From the IMG/VR virus record IMGVR_UViG_3300049783_001607: 64,000 nucleotides of DNA; one strand, 5' to 3'. Below the pieces are notes generated by a model that saw nothing but the letters and a program-made list of their open reading frames with translations, had not been told where the DNA came from and made no database searches. Source of the DNA: a virus. The translations under genes and the position numbers were made by a program. Position 1 is the first letter of the stretch. Every line of letters starts with the position of its first letter. Of this stretch, positions 7,846 through 18,117 are shown piece by piece.

Positions 7846-10137
7846 ATGTATACCAATAACTATTCATCTATAAAAGACGAAGTGTATTTGTCAGAAGCTG
7901 AAAAGCTTAAGCCTCAACATTTCAAAGATAAAGCTGATTTCTATATAGAAAGTCTAGTTGGTGTTAAAATAGGCGTTGAAACAGCGCGTAACTATTACTC
8001 CAGTGTTAGAGATCAATTAGATTTTGAGTATTTAGAAGATATTTATGGTATGCAAAATCCTATTGATTTAGGGTTTACAAACATTATAAAACCAAGAGTA
8101 GATGCACTTGTCGGGCTTAGTTTATTATCTGAGCCCGTCTTTAGTGTAGCGTATACAGATAGTGAAACAGTTAATTTAGTAGACCAAGAAAAAATGGACG
8201 GTTTATTAAAAGAGCTGGATGCCGATTTTCAATCAAGAGTAAAAAGCAATAAAAGAACTGCGGATAAAACCCCGGATCAAAAGCCTGACATTTCTGAAAA
8301 TCCTTCTGAAGGACTTAAAGATTGGCTATCTAAAGTAACGAATAAATACGGCGACTCTTATAAATCATCTTTTGAAATAGCTGCAGAAAATATACTTAGA
8401 CATATAGAAACTGACGCGGATATAGACATGTCTAACATTAAAAAAGAAGTATCTAAAGATTATTTTACAACTGGTGAAGGGTATACTAGATCTGTATATA
8501 AAGGAAAAGGTAAAGATCCTATTATTGAATGTGTTAAACCAGAAAATATATTTACTAATAGACCTAGACATGAAAGAGATCTAAAGAAAGCAGATGTTGT
8601 AGTAACTAAACAAAGAGTTACAGTTCACAATATATTAAAAGAATTAGGCGATGTAATTAGTAAAAAAGATGCAGAGCTATTATTTACTTCTTACAGTACT
8701 TTAGGGAATGATATTAATATAAAAGAAGGTGCTCCAGATGTAATGATTTCTCAAAATGGGAAACATGAAATGGACCGCGAGGATATAAAAACAGGGTATG
8801 CAAATTCTCATCACGGTCTTGTAGGAGATTTAGTTGATTTTTATCACGTTGAGTGGTTAGCTTCTACTAGAATATCTGATGGAAAAGGTGGCCATGTGTA
8901 TAGAGAAGATAGGTATGAATCTTATAGAGTAGGTACTGAAATACATATTGGAGGAAGACGTTGTGAAGAAGCTCCTAGAAGTGAAGATTCTTTATGGAAA
9001 ACTACATTATCTTACTCAGGTTTAATTAATGTATCACCTAAAGGTGTTATTGAATCTATGATTAATAATATGAGAGAAATTCAAGATCTCTATGATATAA
9101 TGATGTTTTTTAGAAATAATACAGTAGCTAATTCTGGAGTGTCTGGTTCCCGAGTTAACGTTGCTGCTATCCCTAAATCACTAGGTAACAATCTAGTAGA
9201 AAGACTGTCAAAATGGATAGTATTTCGTAAACAAGGGCTTGAACTTGTAGATCCTACAGAAGACGGCGCGCAACAATTTAATCATTACGGTGATTTTGAT
9301 TCTTCTGTAAATCATAATTCTATTCAAGCTATTAACGCTATTTTAGAATCTTTAGCAGCTCAAGCAGATATTATATCAGGTGTACCTAGACAAATGTTAG
9401 GTATTATTGAACAAAGAGATGCAGTGGAAAACGTTAAAGTAGGTATTAATCAAGTATCTGTATTATCTTTAGAACTATTTAAAGATATAGATCGATGTTT
9501 AAATAGAACAGTCCAAGAAACGTTAGACGCGTTTAAATTTTCTTACAAAGAACAACCTAAAAGAGGGGTTAGAAAACATGGTACTACTGTTATACCTTTT
9601 GTAGTACATCCAAGTAAATTTGCAATGACAGATTATAAAGTATCTGTTATTTCAGCAGGTATAGAAAATCCTAAGCTTCTTAAAATAATCAACTTATCTA
9701 AAGAACTAGTAGCAGCGGGAGCACTGCCTGCAACAGTCATGATTAAAATTTTAAACAAAAAATCAGTTCATGAAATAGAAAATCTAGTTGAAGAAGCCTT
9801 AGAAAAACAAAAAGAAGAGAACATTAGTATTCAAAAAATGCAGCAAGCTCTAGAAGAGTCTCAAACAAGTATAAAGCAGCTAGAGGCTGAAATTGCTAGG
9901 TTAACTAACAATGCTCAAGCACAGCAAAAAGATAAATTAAAATTAGAGACTGTTATAGCAGAACAAAAAAACATTCACAAGCTAAAAGAATTAGATCTCA
10001 TAGAAAAAAAGAATATTAAAGAAGGGCAAATTAAAGATAAAGAAATACTGCTTAAAGCGGAAACAGTGGAGCTTGAAAAAGAAGAGTTACTATTCGCTAC
10101 TGGAAATGCTAAAGAAGTTAACAACAATTTAAATTAA
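7846..10137 (+). CDS. Portal protein
   Basis: NIIKPRVDALVG and ISGVPRQMLGIIEQRDAV.NV motifs, a C-terminal coiled-coil barrel, and position between terL and the capsid genes. Confidence 0.85.
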   Translation: MYTNNYSSIKDEVYLSEAEKLKPQHFKDKADFYIESLVGVKIGVETARNYYSSVRDQLDFEYLEDIYGMQNPIDLGFTNIIKPRVDALVGLSLLSEPVFSVAYTDSETVNLVDQEKMDGLLKELDADFQSRVKSNKRTADKTPDQKPDISENPSEGLKDWLSKVTNKYGDSYKSSFEIAAENILRHIETDADIDMSNIKKEVSKDYFTTGEGYTRSVYKGKGKDPIIECVKPENIFTNRPRHERDLKKADVVVTKQRVTVHNILKELGDVISKKDAELLFTSYSTLGNDINIKEGAPDVMISQNGKHEMDREDIKTGYANSHHGLVGDLVDFYHVEWLASTRISDGKGGHVYREDRYESYRVGTEIHIGGRRCEEAPRSEDSLWKTTLSYSGLINVSPKGVIESMINNMREIQDLYDIMMFFRNNTVANSGVSGSRVNVAAIPKSLGNNLVERLSKWIVFRKQGLELVDPTEDGAQQFNHYGDFDSSVNHNSIQAINAILESLAAQADIISGVPRQMLGIIEQRDAVENVKVGINQVSVLSLELFKDIDRCLNRTVQETLDAFKFSYKEQPKRGVRKHGTTVIPFVVHPSKFAMTDYKVSVISAGIENPKLLKIINLSKELVAAGALPATVMIKILNKKSVHEIENLVEEALEKQKEENISIQKMQQALEESQTSIKQLEAEIARLTNNAQAQQKDKLKLETVIAEQKNIHKLKELDLIEKKNIKEGQIKDKEILLKAETVELEKEELLFATGNAKEVNNNLN

Positions 10138-10143
10138 AATATA

Positions 10144-11178
10144 ATGGACAATATCAAAAGTGTATCTGTAGTAGATACTAATGGAAATTTAGCTGACGAT
10201 ATTATTAAAATATACGCTGATAAACCTGCTGTAACAGCATCACTGACTGATGGATCAACTGGGAAAAGAAATCTAAAAGTTTCCCCTTCCAATGTAAGAT
10301 TTGACTCTATACCTAATATATCAGGATCTACTTATAAAACATTTCTTGCGTATAATGGTACTTTAGGGTATTCAAACAAAGTTTTTTCTTCTGTAGTAGC
10401 CCAAAATTCTGGGTTATTTATATCAAGCGCTCCCCCATCATTGGAGTACAGCCCTTCAGATATTGTACAACCTGAGCAGGCAGAATTATCTACGGATGTT
10501 ATAGATATTAAAATGTATAATGGACAAATTGACGTGTTAAAATATTCTGAAGGAGTTTTATCTAACGGTGAAAAATCTTACTTTGTAACATCTCGAAGAG
10601 CTTACCCTACAACTGTAACTTCATTACCTAACGCTAGCGGGAAAAAATTATACATGGATGGCTGGTATTCTTATACTACTATAATATTTAGAAATATAGA
10701 ACTTGGAGGAGCTGTATCTAAAGGCAACTTTTACGGTTTTAAAGGGTTTATTTTTAAAGCTACTGATAACGGTACTTTATTTCAAAATGAAGGATCCAGC
10801 ATTTTAGCTATATTAAAAGAGGGAGATACTGCTTCAATTAACAGCGTTGAGCAAAATAAAAATGAGAATTATGAAGAGCTTTTATTTAGTTTGAATGAAA
10901 CTACGGGATTAGCTTCTCAAGGTAATAATGTTTATGTCCATTCTCAAATTTTAGTTATGGATGAAATAAGAGACGCTATAACTAGTGAAGCAGTTAAATC
11001 TGCTTTTGCAATAGATACAGACTACGTAGATTTTCAAAATTGGCAAAAACTTTCCTTAAAAAGACTAGGGGCCAATGTAATGTTTCAAAACGAATTATTT
11101 GAAAACGCGCAAATTATTATAGAATCAGCTAGAAATTTATGTAGTAAAGAAAGGTATAATTTTAATTCGAGTAATTAA
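10144..11178 (+). CDS. Hypothetical virion structural protein
   Basis: Long ORF in the head module with a DGWYSY motif. No function recognised. Confidence 0.5.
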   Translation: MDNIKSVSVVDTNGNLADDIIKIYADKPAVTASLTDGSTGKRNLKVSPSNVRFDSIPNISGSTYKTFLAYNGTLGYSNKVFSSVVAQNSGLFISSAPPSLEYSPSDIVQPEQAELSTDVIDIKMYNGQIDVLKYSEGVLSNGEKSYFVTSRRAYPTTVTSLPNASGKKLYMDGWYSYTTIIFRNIELGGAVSKGNFYGFKGFIFKATDNGTLFQNEGSSILAILKEGDTASINSVEQNKNENYEELLFSLNETTGLASQGNNVYVHSQILVMDEIRDAITSEAVKSAFAIDTDYVDFQNWQKLSLKRLGANVMFQNELFENAQIIIESARNLCSKERYNFNSSN

Positions 11179-11180
11179 TT

Positions 11181-11447
11181 ATGATAGTATTAAATGATAT
11201 TTGGACTGCCTCTAATATGGCTTATGAAGAAATAGCAATGTTACAACTTGACATAGCTAAAAGATCGCGTATATCCGGGGATGTAAATATTTTCAATAAA
11301 AAACAAATGCAATCTACAGAATTATACGCTTATTTAGATGCTGTTGGAAACATTGATTTTAATCATTCAATTGAAAATAATAAAATAATAGAAAGAGTGT
11401 ATCATAAAATAAAATTAATTACAAAAGACTTAAGACAATGGGACTAA
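11181..11447 (+). CDS. Hypothetical protein
   Basis: Tightly packed ORF in the operon. Confidence 0.55.
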   Translation: MIVLNDIWTASNMAYEEIAMLQLDIAKRSRISGDVNIFNKKQMQSTELYAYLDAVGNIDFNHSIENNKIIERVYHKIKLITKDLRQWD

Positions 11448-11842
11448 ATAAATACCGTAAATATAGTAATCAGTTTGAAGATAATGGAGAAGAGATCTTT
11501 AGAACAGTAGAGGATAATTTTATACCCGATTTTAAAAATAGACATACTATTCAGATTTGGGATATATCTAATGTTGTCAATCCCGTAGTCAATAAATGGG
11601 TAGGTACTACTTTAACTAACAGTACATTACATGAGATTACAATAGTAAATAATAGCAATGCTACTAACAGAATTAAGTTTACTTCTAACTACGATTTAAT
11701 AGACGAACAGTTTATAGTTGATACAGATATTTTAATCGGTCCTAATGGCACCGCTCATTTTTATTGTACTGCGATTTTAGTAGATAATAATCTGGTTTTA
11801 GCTATGCGTACAGGATCTCAAAATAAAAGAAAATTAGATTAA
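11438..11842 (+). CDS. Hypothetical beta-rich protein
   Basis: Overlapping, coupled ORF in the operon. Confidence 0.55.
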   Translation: MGLNKYRKYSNQFEDNGEEIFRTVEDNFIPDFKNRHTIQIWDISNVVNPVVNKWVGTTLTNSTLHEITIVNNSNATNRIKFTSNYDLIDEQFIVDTDILIGPNGTAHFYCTAILVDNNLVLAMRTGSQNKRKLD

Positions 11843-11921
11843 TTTAGATTTGAGAGTAATGGTTTTAAATTAAAAGTGTATAATAATAATAAGTACATAA
11901 ATAATAATAAGAAATAATAAG

Positions 11922-13136
11922 ATGACTAAAATTAGAAACAAACCTACACAAGTACTCCAAGAAGGAGGCCTTATAGACGAAGAAACTTTATTTGATGATG
12001 AAGATGTTTCCGCGATTACGGATCCATTAATAAATGAAGAGTTAACAGAAGAAGAAGAAACAGCACGAGCAGAAGCAATACAGCTACAAGCTGATGAAGA
12101 TGCTCAAGCAGAATTAGACGCAGAAGCCATTAAAGAAAAAGAACAGGGTGGGAATGGAGATGACGGAAATGACGGAGATGACGGAGATGACGTAGAATTA
12201 ACTGGCGTAGAAGAATTTTTAACTTCTTACGGAGTTAATGGAGGTATTATAACGTTTGAAGACGGAACTACTTCAAGATTTTCTGAATTAGATTCAAAAG
12301 AGCAGAATAATATTTTAAGTTCTTTAGTAAAAGAAAGTGTTCCTAGCATTGAAGAGAAATTTAATTTAGATGAAGATGAAATAAATCTTTTAAACGCTGT
12401 AAGAGAAAGTGATATGAACTCTGAAGAGTTTATCAATGATTTAGTTAATCATAGATTGCAAACAGTACTTGCAACTAAAGAATCTAATAGCACGGATTAT
12501 AAAAGTTTATCTCAGGACGCGATTTTTGTAAAAAACCTTAGAGATAGTGATAAAGATTTAACAGATGAAGATGTTGCAGAAGAATTAGTAAAAGCTAAAG
12601 GTCTTTCAAGTTATAAATCTACAGTAGAGTCGATGAGAAGACTTTATATTAATGATCAAGAGACTGCTAACAAAGCATCTCAAACTGAGAGCGATAAAGT
12701 GTTTAATCAAGAGTTAGAAGCTCAAAGACATGATATTGTAGCAGCAATAGAAAATATCAATGATATAGCTGGAGCAGCTGTAACACCTGAAATGAAAGAA
12801 TTTTTACTTCATGATATAATGGAGTTAAACGATTCAAAGGATCCAATTTTAATGGAGAAAATTTTCTCTAATCCTGAGTCAATGTTTAAAGCTAATTGGT
12901 GGGTAAATTATGGTGAAGACTATATAGGTCAATTAAATACTTTTTGGAAGAAAGAAGTTTCAAAAGCTCAAAAAAGCGGTTATGATAAAGCTGCAGGCAA
13001 GTTAACCAGAAATCCTACAATAATAGGTAGTGACGGTAAGCGAGTACCAAACAAGGATAAAACAAAAGTAGGGGATGATTTACCACAAAGCTTTGGCACA
13101 GTGTTAACAGAAGACCAACTTTTTGAACACGAATAA
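11922..13136 (+). CDS. Acidic scaffold/cargo protein preceding the major capsid gene
   Basis: Very acidic and helical, directly upstream of the MCP as in crAss-like phages. Has a 9-bp GAYGACGGA-type repeat (GDD) near 12156-12191. Confidence 0.7.
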   Translation: MTKIRNKPTQVLQEGGLIDEETLFDDEDVSAITDPLINEELTEEEETARAEAIQLQADEDAQAELDAEAIKEKEQGGNGDDGNDGDDGDDVELTGVEEFLTSYGVNGGIITFEDGTTSRFSELDSKEQNNILSSLVKESVPSIEEKFNLDEDEINLLNAVRESDMNSEEFINDLVNHRLQTVLATKESNSTDYKSLSQDAIFVKNLRDSDKDLTDEDVAEELVKAKGLSSYKSTVESMRRLYINDQETANKASQTESDKVFNQELEAQRHDIVAAIENINDIAGAAVTPEMKEFLLHDIMELNDSKDPILMEKIFSNPESMFKANWWVNYGEDYIGQLNTFWKKEVSKAQKSGYDKAAGKLTRNPTIIGSDGKRVPNKDKTKVGDDLPQSFGTVLTEDQLFEHE

Positions 13137-13182
13137 TAAAAATAGTAAACAATAATTAATAATTAATAACAATTTCTAGAAA

Positions 13183-14607
13183 ATGAGAATAGTAGATCGT
13201 AAATTTATCGACAAAAACATTCATACTACTAGAACTCGCCAACATTTCGGTACTCTTTTAGGAGAGAAGCCACACGTAATGGGGCAAGTGGTACGTATGT
13301 ATCCACGTTTAACAATCAGTAATTTAACTGAAGGGTTAAGAAACGTGTACACAAATAAGAAAGCTCAGGGTGGTTTTACCCCGATCAATTCTTACGCAAT
13401 TGAATGGAAGATTGATGTTAACTTTATCAAAAAAGTTAGGATCACTGCCGACGCAACACCTACTGCAGGAGTATTTGTAGTATCGTTAGAAGAAAAGTAT
13501 TACAATAAAAATGAGACTTTTGCATTAGACAATGGTACTCAGTTATTTGTAGTAGCACCTCCACGTTATGTTTCAGCTAAAAGGTTTGAATATAAAGTAA
13601 TAATGGTGTCAAACAATGGAGGTATCCCAGATATCAACATGTTAAAAGCGGGACGTACTACACGTTTTCGTTCTAATTATCACCCGGAGTTATCTAAAAG
13701 AGGTTACGTTAAGTACCAATTTAATACAGAAAAGCACCGTAACTATTTATCTAAGCACAGATCCAGTGATGTTCAGTCTTCTGAATATTCAGCTTCTCAA
13801 GAGTATTTAGTTGAGAAAGGAAAAAGAAATGCTAAAGACGGTAAATTAGAGTACGAATACTTTAGATTACAGAAACTTGAGAAAGACGTATTAGAGTCTT
13901 ACTTATGGGCAAGAGAAAACCATTTATTATTTGGAGAAACTAACTTCGATGCTAATGGTAAGTGTACTATGCAAGATGAAAAAGGGCAAGACATCCCGAT
14001 TGGTGATGGTGTAATCAAGCAGATCGAAAGATATTGTGAGAAGTTTGTTTATTCTGTGTTTACTACACGTTGGATGGAAGATATTATGGCTTCTATGAGA
14101 TCAAAGTCTGCTAATTCAATTGGAAATACTTATGCGTTTGTAGTGAACGAAAAAATGTACGACCAAGTAGGTAGAATATTAAAAGATGATCTAAGATTCC
14201 ATGGTAACTCTAATGGAGATCATTATTGGACTAACAGTTCTGGTAATAAAATTAAAGTTGGAGCTCAGTACGATAGCTATACCTTCCAAGGTAACACTAT
14301 TGTATTTATGGTAGATAAAATTTTATCTGATGAATATCCTTATTCAGGTTATGGTTTTTGTATCAATGTAGGTATTGATCAAACTAATGCTAACTCTGGT
14401 ATTTCAATGTTTACTTTAGAGGGTCGTGAGATGCTTTCTGGTAAGTTAAAAGGTATGGGAGGATTCACTGGAAAAGAAAATAACGTAGATCTTGCAACAT
14501 CTGTAGATGGTAGTGAGTATCACTTATTAGGGTATTCTGCTGCAATTGTATTTAATCCATATAATGCTGCAATTGTAAAAGAGTCTTATACTATGGTTAC
14601 ACCGTAG
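13183..14607 (+). CDS. Major capsid protein (crAss-like)
   Basis: 474 aa with HPELS.RGY, EKHRNYLS.HR, E..LLFG and I.IGDGVI.QI motifs. High-expression codon bias (CGT, AAC, TTC) and a downstream terminator. Confidence 0.85.
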   Translation: MRIVDRKFIDKNIHTTRTRQHFGTLLGEKPHVMGQVVRMYPRLTISNLTEGLRNVYTNKKAQGGFTPINSYAIEWKIDVNFIKKVRITADATPTAGVFVVSLEEKYYNKNETFALDNGTQLFVVAPPRYVSAKRFEYKVIMVSNNGGIPDINMLKAGRTTRFRSNYHPELSKRGYVKYQFNTEKHRNYLSKHRSSDVQSSEYSASQEYLVEKGKRNAKDGKLEYEYFRLQKLEKDVLESYLWARENHLLFGETNFDANGKCTMQDEKGQDIPIGDGVIKQIERYCEKFVYSVFTTRWMEDIMASMRSKSANSIGNTYAFVVNEKMYDQVGRILKDDLRFHGNSNGDHYWTNSSGNKIKVGAQYDSYTFQGNTIVFMVDKILSDEYPYSGYGFCINVGIDQTNANSGISMFTLEGREMLSGKLKGMGGFTGKENNVDLATSVDGSEYHLLGYSAAIVFNPYNAAIVKESYTMVTP

Positions 14608-14629
14608 TAAATAAAGTAGTATCTTTACA

Positions 14630-14660
14630 AAAAGGGAGGAATTAAACTCCTCCCTTTTAT
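14630..14660 (+). terminator. Intrinsic terminator after MCP
   Basis: AAAAGGGAGGA-attaaac-TCCTCCCTTTT-ATT. Confidence 0.8.
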
Positions 14661-14701
14661 TATTATAAATAAGTTTAATAAGAACAATAAAATAAAATAA
14701 A

Positions 14702-15667
14702 ATGAACACAGTAAAAAACACTGTTGGCCTAAGTGCAGGTCAATTAGCAAACGGAACACCTAGTGATAGACGATTAATTTTACATTCTTTTTTTAAGGGG
14801 GATAAAGTTACCATTTCTCCAGTAAAAGATATAAATGGAAGGTATCTAGGAATACAAGAAAATCTTCCTGAGATTAAAAAGTTAGAAATGGGATATGTTC
14901 CATCAATTGAAAGCAGCATTAAATTATATGACGGAATAGAAATTGACCTGAATAAAAAAGAATGGGCCGCTGATTGGGAGTGGATGCAACACTGTAATGA
15001 AATCGCAGCAGATTTTGCAACAGGACAAAGTTCACCCGCCGCGTATTTCTATATTTTTAGACCTGGTCACGAATCAGCTAAAAAGATAGCAGAAACAGAA
15101 GAAAGAGTAAGTTTAATGAATTATATTCTTCAGGATTCTAATGAAAATCTTTACAATAGAGCAAGTATTTTAGGAATAGATATGTCAGACTCTGTAATTT
15201 CAGATGTCAAAGAATATTTATTAAACATGGTTAACACAGAGCCTGCTAAAATTAAACAAGTTTATGAAAGTAAAACATTCTCATTAGAACTTTTATTATT
15301 ACACGCTCTTAAAAAAGGTATTATTACTAAAAGAAACGGCGTGTTTACTTTTGGAGAAATTTTATTAGGTGTAGAAGAAAGAGCTGTAGTAGCTTATTTT
15401 GCAAACCCTTCAAATCACATTACAACAAGAGCGATAGAATCTGTTACGTATTCTCAAAGTAAACCAGTAAGTAGCAAAAACCCACTAGAACATGAAGCTG
15501 TTCAAGGTCAAGATATCCATGATGATTTTGAAGAAGGTAATAATAGCCTATCAGAAGATGTAACAGGCGACCAAGGTAAAGAAGTTAGAAACATTAAAGC
15601 AGATGTTTTAACCCCTCAGCAAAAAGCAACTATTACCAGAAAAAAGAACGCTGCTAATAAAAAATAA
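14702..15667 (+). CDS. Conserved hypothetical protein of the capsid module
   Basis: C-terminal ALKKGII...GVFTFGEILLG pattern, seen in crAss-like post-MCP genes (from recollection). Confidence 0.55.
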   Translation: MNTVKNTVGLSAGQLANGTPSDRRLILHSFFKGDKVTISPVKDINGRYLGIQENLPEIKKLEMGYVPSIESSIKLYDGIEIDLNKKEWAADWEWMQHCNEIAADFATGQSSPAAYFYIFRPGHESAKKIAETEERVSLMNYILQDSNENLYNRASILGIDMSDSVISDVKEYLLNMVNTEPAKIKQVYESKTFSLELLLLHALKKGIITKRNGVFTFGEILLGVEERAVVAYFANPSNHITTRAIESVTYSQSKPVSSKNPLEHEAVQGQDIHDDFEEGNNSLSEDVTGDQGKEVRNIKADVLTPQQKATITRKKNAANKK

Positions 15668-15678
15668 ATAAATAAATT

Positions 15679-16419
15679 ATGTATAGTACAGCTAGGACAG
15701 TTTATATAGACATATTAATTGAGCTTGTTAAAGAAGAAGCACCTTCTCTATATATGGAAGACTATCTGTACTATTATAATAAAGCTATTAGCGAGTATAT
15801 GAAAACTCGTTATGAGTTATTCGAAGTCACACAACAACTTACTGATGATCTAAGAGCTTGGAAAAAAGATTTCAAGACTACTAGCCTAGATACACCTATA
15901 GACAATATATTTACTCTTTCTGATAATAAAAAAATTAATAAATACCGACATTTACTTGGATGTACTATCGATATAAAACTACTTAGACCTATAAGTAGAT
16001 GCGATCAAAGAGTAAATACGACTAAACAGTACAAAGTTACTAGGATGTCTTCTAATATTAAAAACGGAATATTAAATAATGTTTATTTAGAACCTAAGTT
16101 TTATAGGCCTTATTTTGAAATAATTAATAACCTTATTAAGATAAATATTGGCGACAGCAGCATTACTAACTTAGAAATTAGTAATATAGGTATAGAGTAT
16201 TTAATGCAGCCTACTGAAGTGTTTTTAACAGCAGATCAAGTAGCAAGTGATGAAGATACTAGTCAAGTATTAGAATTTTCAAAAGATGTTGGAGAAGAGA
16301 TTACTAAAATAGCTCTTAAACTTATATTAGAAAGAGGTTCTAGTCCAAGAACACAGTCCCACGTAGCAGTTAATACTTCAATAAGTGATGTATCTACAGG
16401 ATTAAAAGGAGGAAAATAA
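15679..16419 (+). CDS. Tail ring/head-tail adaptor-like protein
   Basis: IELVKEEAPS..DYLYYYNKAI..Y..FE.TQQ..DDLR N-terminus and IEYL.QP motif. Fits a crAss-like ring protein by size and position. Confidence 0.6.
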   Translation: MYSTARTVYIDILIELVKEEAPSLYMEDYLYYYNKAISEYMKTRYELFEVTQQLTDDLRAWKKDFKTTSLDTPIDNIFTLSDNKKINKYRHLLGCTIDIKLLRPISRCDQRVNTTKQYKVTRMSSNIKNGILNNVYLEPKFYRPYFEIINNLIKINIGDSSITNLEISNIGIEYLMQPTEVFLTADQVASDEDTSQVLEFSKDVGEEITKIALKLILERGSSPRTQSHVAVNTSISDVSTGLKGGK

Positions 16420-16497
16420 TTGGGGATACCAGCTCCAAGTTTATATAAACACGAGAAGTCTATACTGGTATAAGACGGATCAAAAAATTTAAAAATT

Positions 16498-17337
16498 ATG
16501 TTCGATTTAGGAATGAAACAAATTGTAATCAATGGAAATGCATTGGTTACCGAAGTAGGTACTACAACAGGAGTATCAGGTGTTATTAGTATTAAAGGGT
16601 TTGGTAAATTTACTATTCCTGAAGTAGCCCCGGCTGCCGCTAGAAACGGAGCTGTAACTGCTGCAAGTAACGCTGCTTTAGGCGTCTACACTGTAGTTGT
16701 TGGAGGATATAGTAGTACTAAAAAGTACAATGTAATAGTAACTGTTGAAGCGGTTAGAGCTACTTCAGAACTTACTCAAAGCCATGGCGGGGATCAGTTT
16801 GTTTTTCAAACAGGTGCTGGTGCTAATTTTGGTGTAGCTGCTGCTGCAGGTCAAATTGCCGGTTTTAATGACACTAAGATTAAATTCAGTGGTACTACAG
16901 ACATTATCATGACTTTTCAACCTGGTTATGAAGGAGTAAAAATAAAAACTGTAACTATTCTTGAAGCAGCTACTGAAACAGCTGTTCCTGTGACATCAAT
17001 TACTGCTAATACTACACCTTCTTATGGTGTTGGGTTAGGTAAAATAATTGAAGAAGAGGTTCAAAATGCTACTGGTGGTAACACTGATCCTTACGGTTTA
17101 GGTGGTAAAGACATAGTAGATATAAGAGGAAAGTATACTGAAATCTTATGGGAAGCTGTTGCTGAGGATGATGATTCTCCAGGATGGGAACCACATGCTT
17201 CTTCAGGTGCTGGAGATGTAAATACAACTGCTGCGTACGCGCCTAGACAGTTTGTAGCTTACGTTAATGAAGCGTCTGCTGCTGCAACTGTTACTCTTTT
17301 AACTAAATTAGTTAATGGAGAAGCTCAAGCTAGCTAG
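16498..17337 (+). CDS. Auxiliary capsid/decoration-like protein
   Basis: Ala/Thr/Val-rich beta protein with high-expression codon usage (GCT/ACT/GGT) and its own terminator. Confidence 0.5.
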   Translation: MFDLGMKQIVINGNALVTEVGTTTGVSGVISIKGFGKFTIPEVAPAAARNGAVTAASNAALGVYTVVVGGYSSTKKYNVIVTVEAVRATSELTQSHGGDQFVFQTGAGANFGVAAAAGQIAGFNDTKIKFSGTTDIIMTFQPGYEGVKIKTVTILEAATETAVPVTSITANTTPSYGVGLGKIIEEEVQNATGGNTDPYGLGGKDIVDIRGKYTEILWEAVAEDDDSPGWEPHASSGAGDVNTTAAYAPRQFVAYVNEASAAATVTLLTKLVNGEAQAS

Positions 17338-17362
17338 TAGGTAGTACTATCAAAGTAAAAAT

Positions 17363-17395
17363 AAAAAAGCATTCATTAATTTGGGTGCTTTTTTT
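17363..17395 (+). terminator. Intrinsic terminator (probably bidirectional)
   Basis: AAAAAAGCATTCA-ttaatt-TGGGTGCTTTTTTT. Confidence 0.8.
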
Positions 17396-17442
17396 ATTTG
17401 TATATAAAATGTATTATATTAGTAGTAATTTATAACAAAAAT

Positions 17443-18117
17443 ATGACACTAACACAATTAGCCTCGGCAATAAGAAATAACGTAGTAGATGGTTTAGATG
17501 GAATATCGTCTACATCTTTTTCTACAGAGCAGCTTAAAGATGAAATACTACTTACTGCTGCCAGTACTTTAGTATCTTTAACATCTAAAGGGTTGATAGA
17601 TCTTAATAAATTTTCTCAACGTATTGACGGAATACGGATTGAACGTAAAGATGTATCAGGAAATTGTGATGTTGAATCTAATATCGAAGTCCCTCATTTT
17701 ACAATACCAGATGTAAATAGACTTATAAGTACTCCTATAACTTATTTAGGATCTATGGATGGAGCCATGACTTTTAAAGTATATTTTGATAGGGATTATA
17801 GATTTCATAAATACAGATTAGCGTCGGCACGATTTCCTTTTGCGTGGGTAAGTACTGTAGCAAATTCAGACGGTATGCACGATGTATTTTTATTTAACGT
17901 ACCTACATATAACAACATGCAATTTGTAACTATAGAAGCTGTATTTGATAATCCTTACGATATTCAAAAAACTCCTTATTATGAGCAGTTCTCAGATGCA
18001 GAGTTTTATGCTCCTTTATTTGTGCAAAAAGAAATTATAGATAAACTAACTCAGCAATATGTAAATTACTACAGACAGCTTCATTTAACTCCAAAACCTA
18101 ATACTCAACAAGCCTAA
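17443..18117 (+). CDS. Tail ring protein (start moved to ATG 17443)
   Basis: MTL..LASAIRN.V..G start, V.IEAVFDNP and KPNTQ end. The TTG start at 17398 overlaps the terminator/promoter region. Confidence 0.55.
   Translation: MTLTQLASAIRNNVVDGLDGISSTSFSTEQLKDEILLTAASTLVSLTSKGLIDLNKFSQRIDGIRIERKDVSGNCDVESNIEVPHFTIPDVNRLISTPITYLGSMDGAMTFKVYFDRDYRFHKYRLASARFPFAWVSTVANSDGMHDVFLFNVPTYNNMQFVTIEAVFDNPYDIQKTPYYEQFSDAEFYAPLFVQKEIIDKLTQQYVNYYRQLHLTPKPNTQQA

Noticed and set aside
4858-14607. Introns or inteins in terL, portal or MCP
   Set aside because: The ORFs are uninterrupted, of ordinary size, and show no splice-junction or homing endonuclease motifs.
17398-17442. TTG-initiated extension of the ring gene (likewise TTG 32667)
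   Set aside because: It overlaps the terminator/promoter region or the upstream gene. Downstream ATGs (17443, 32694) have better A-rich contexts.
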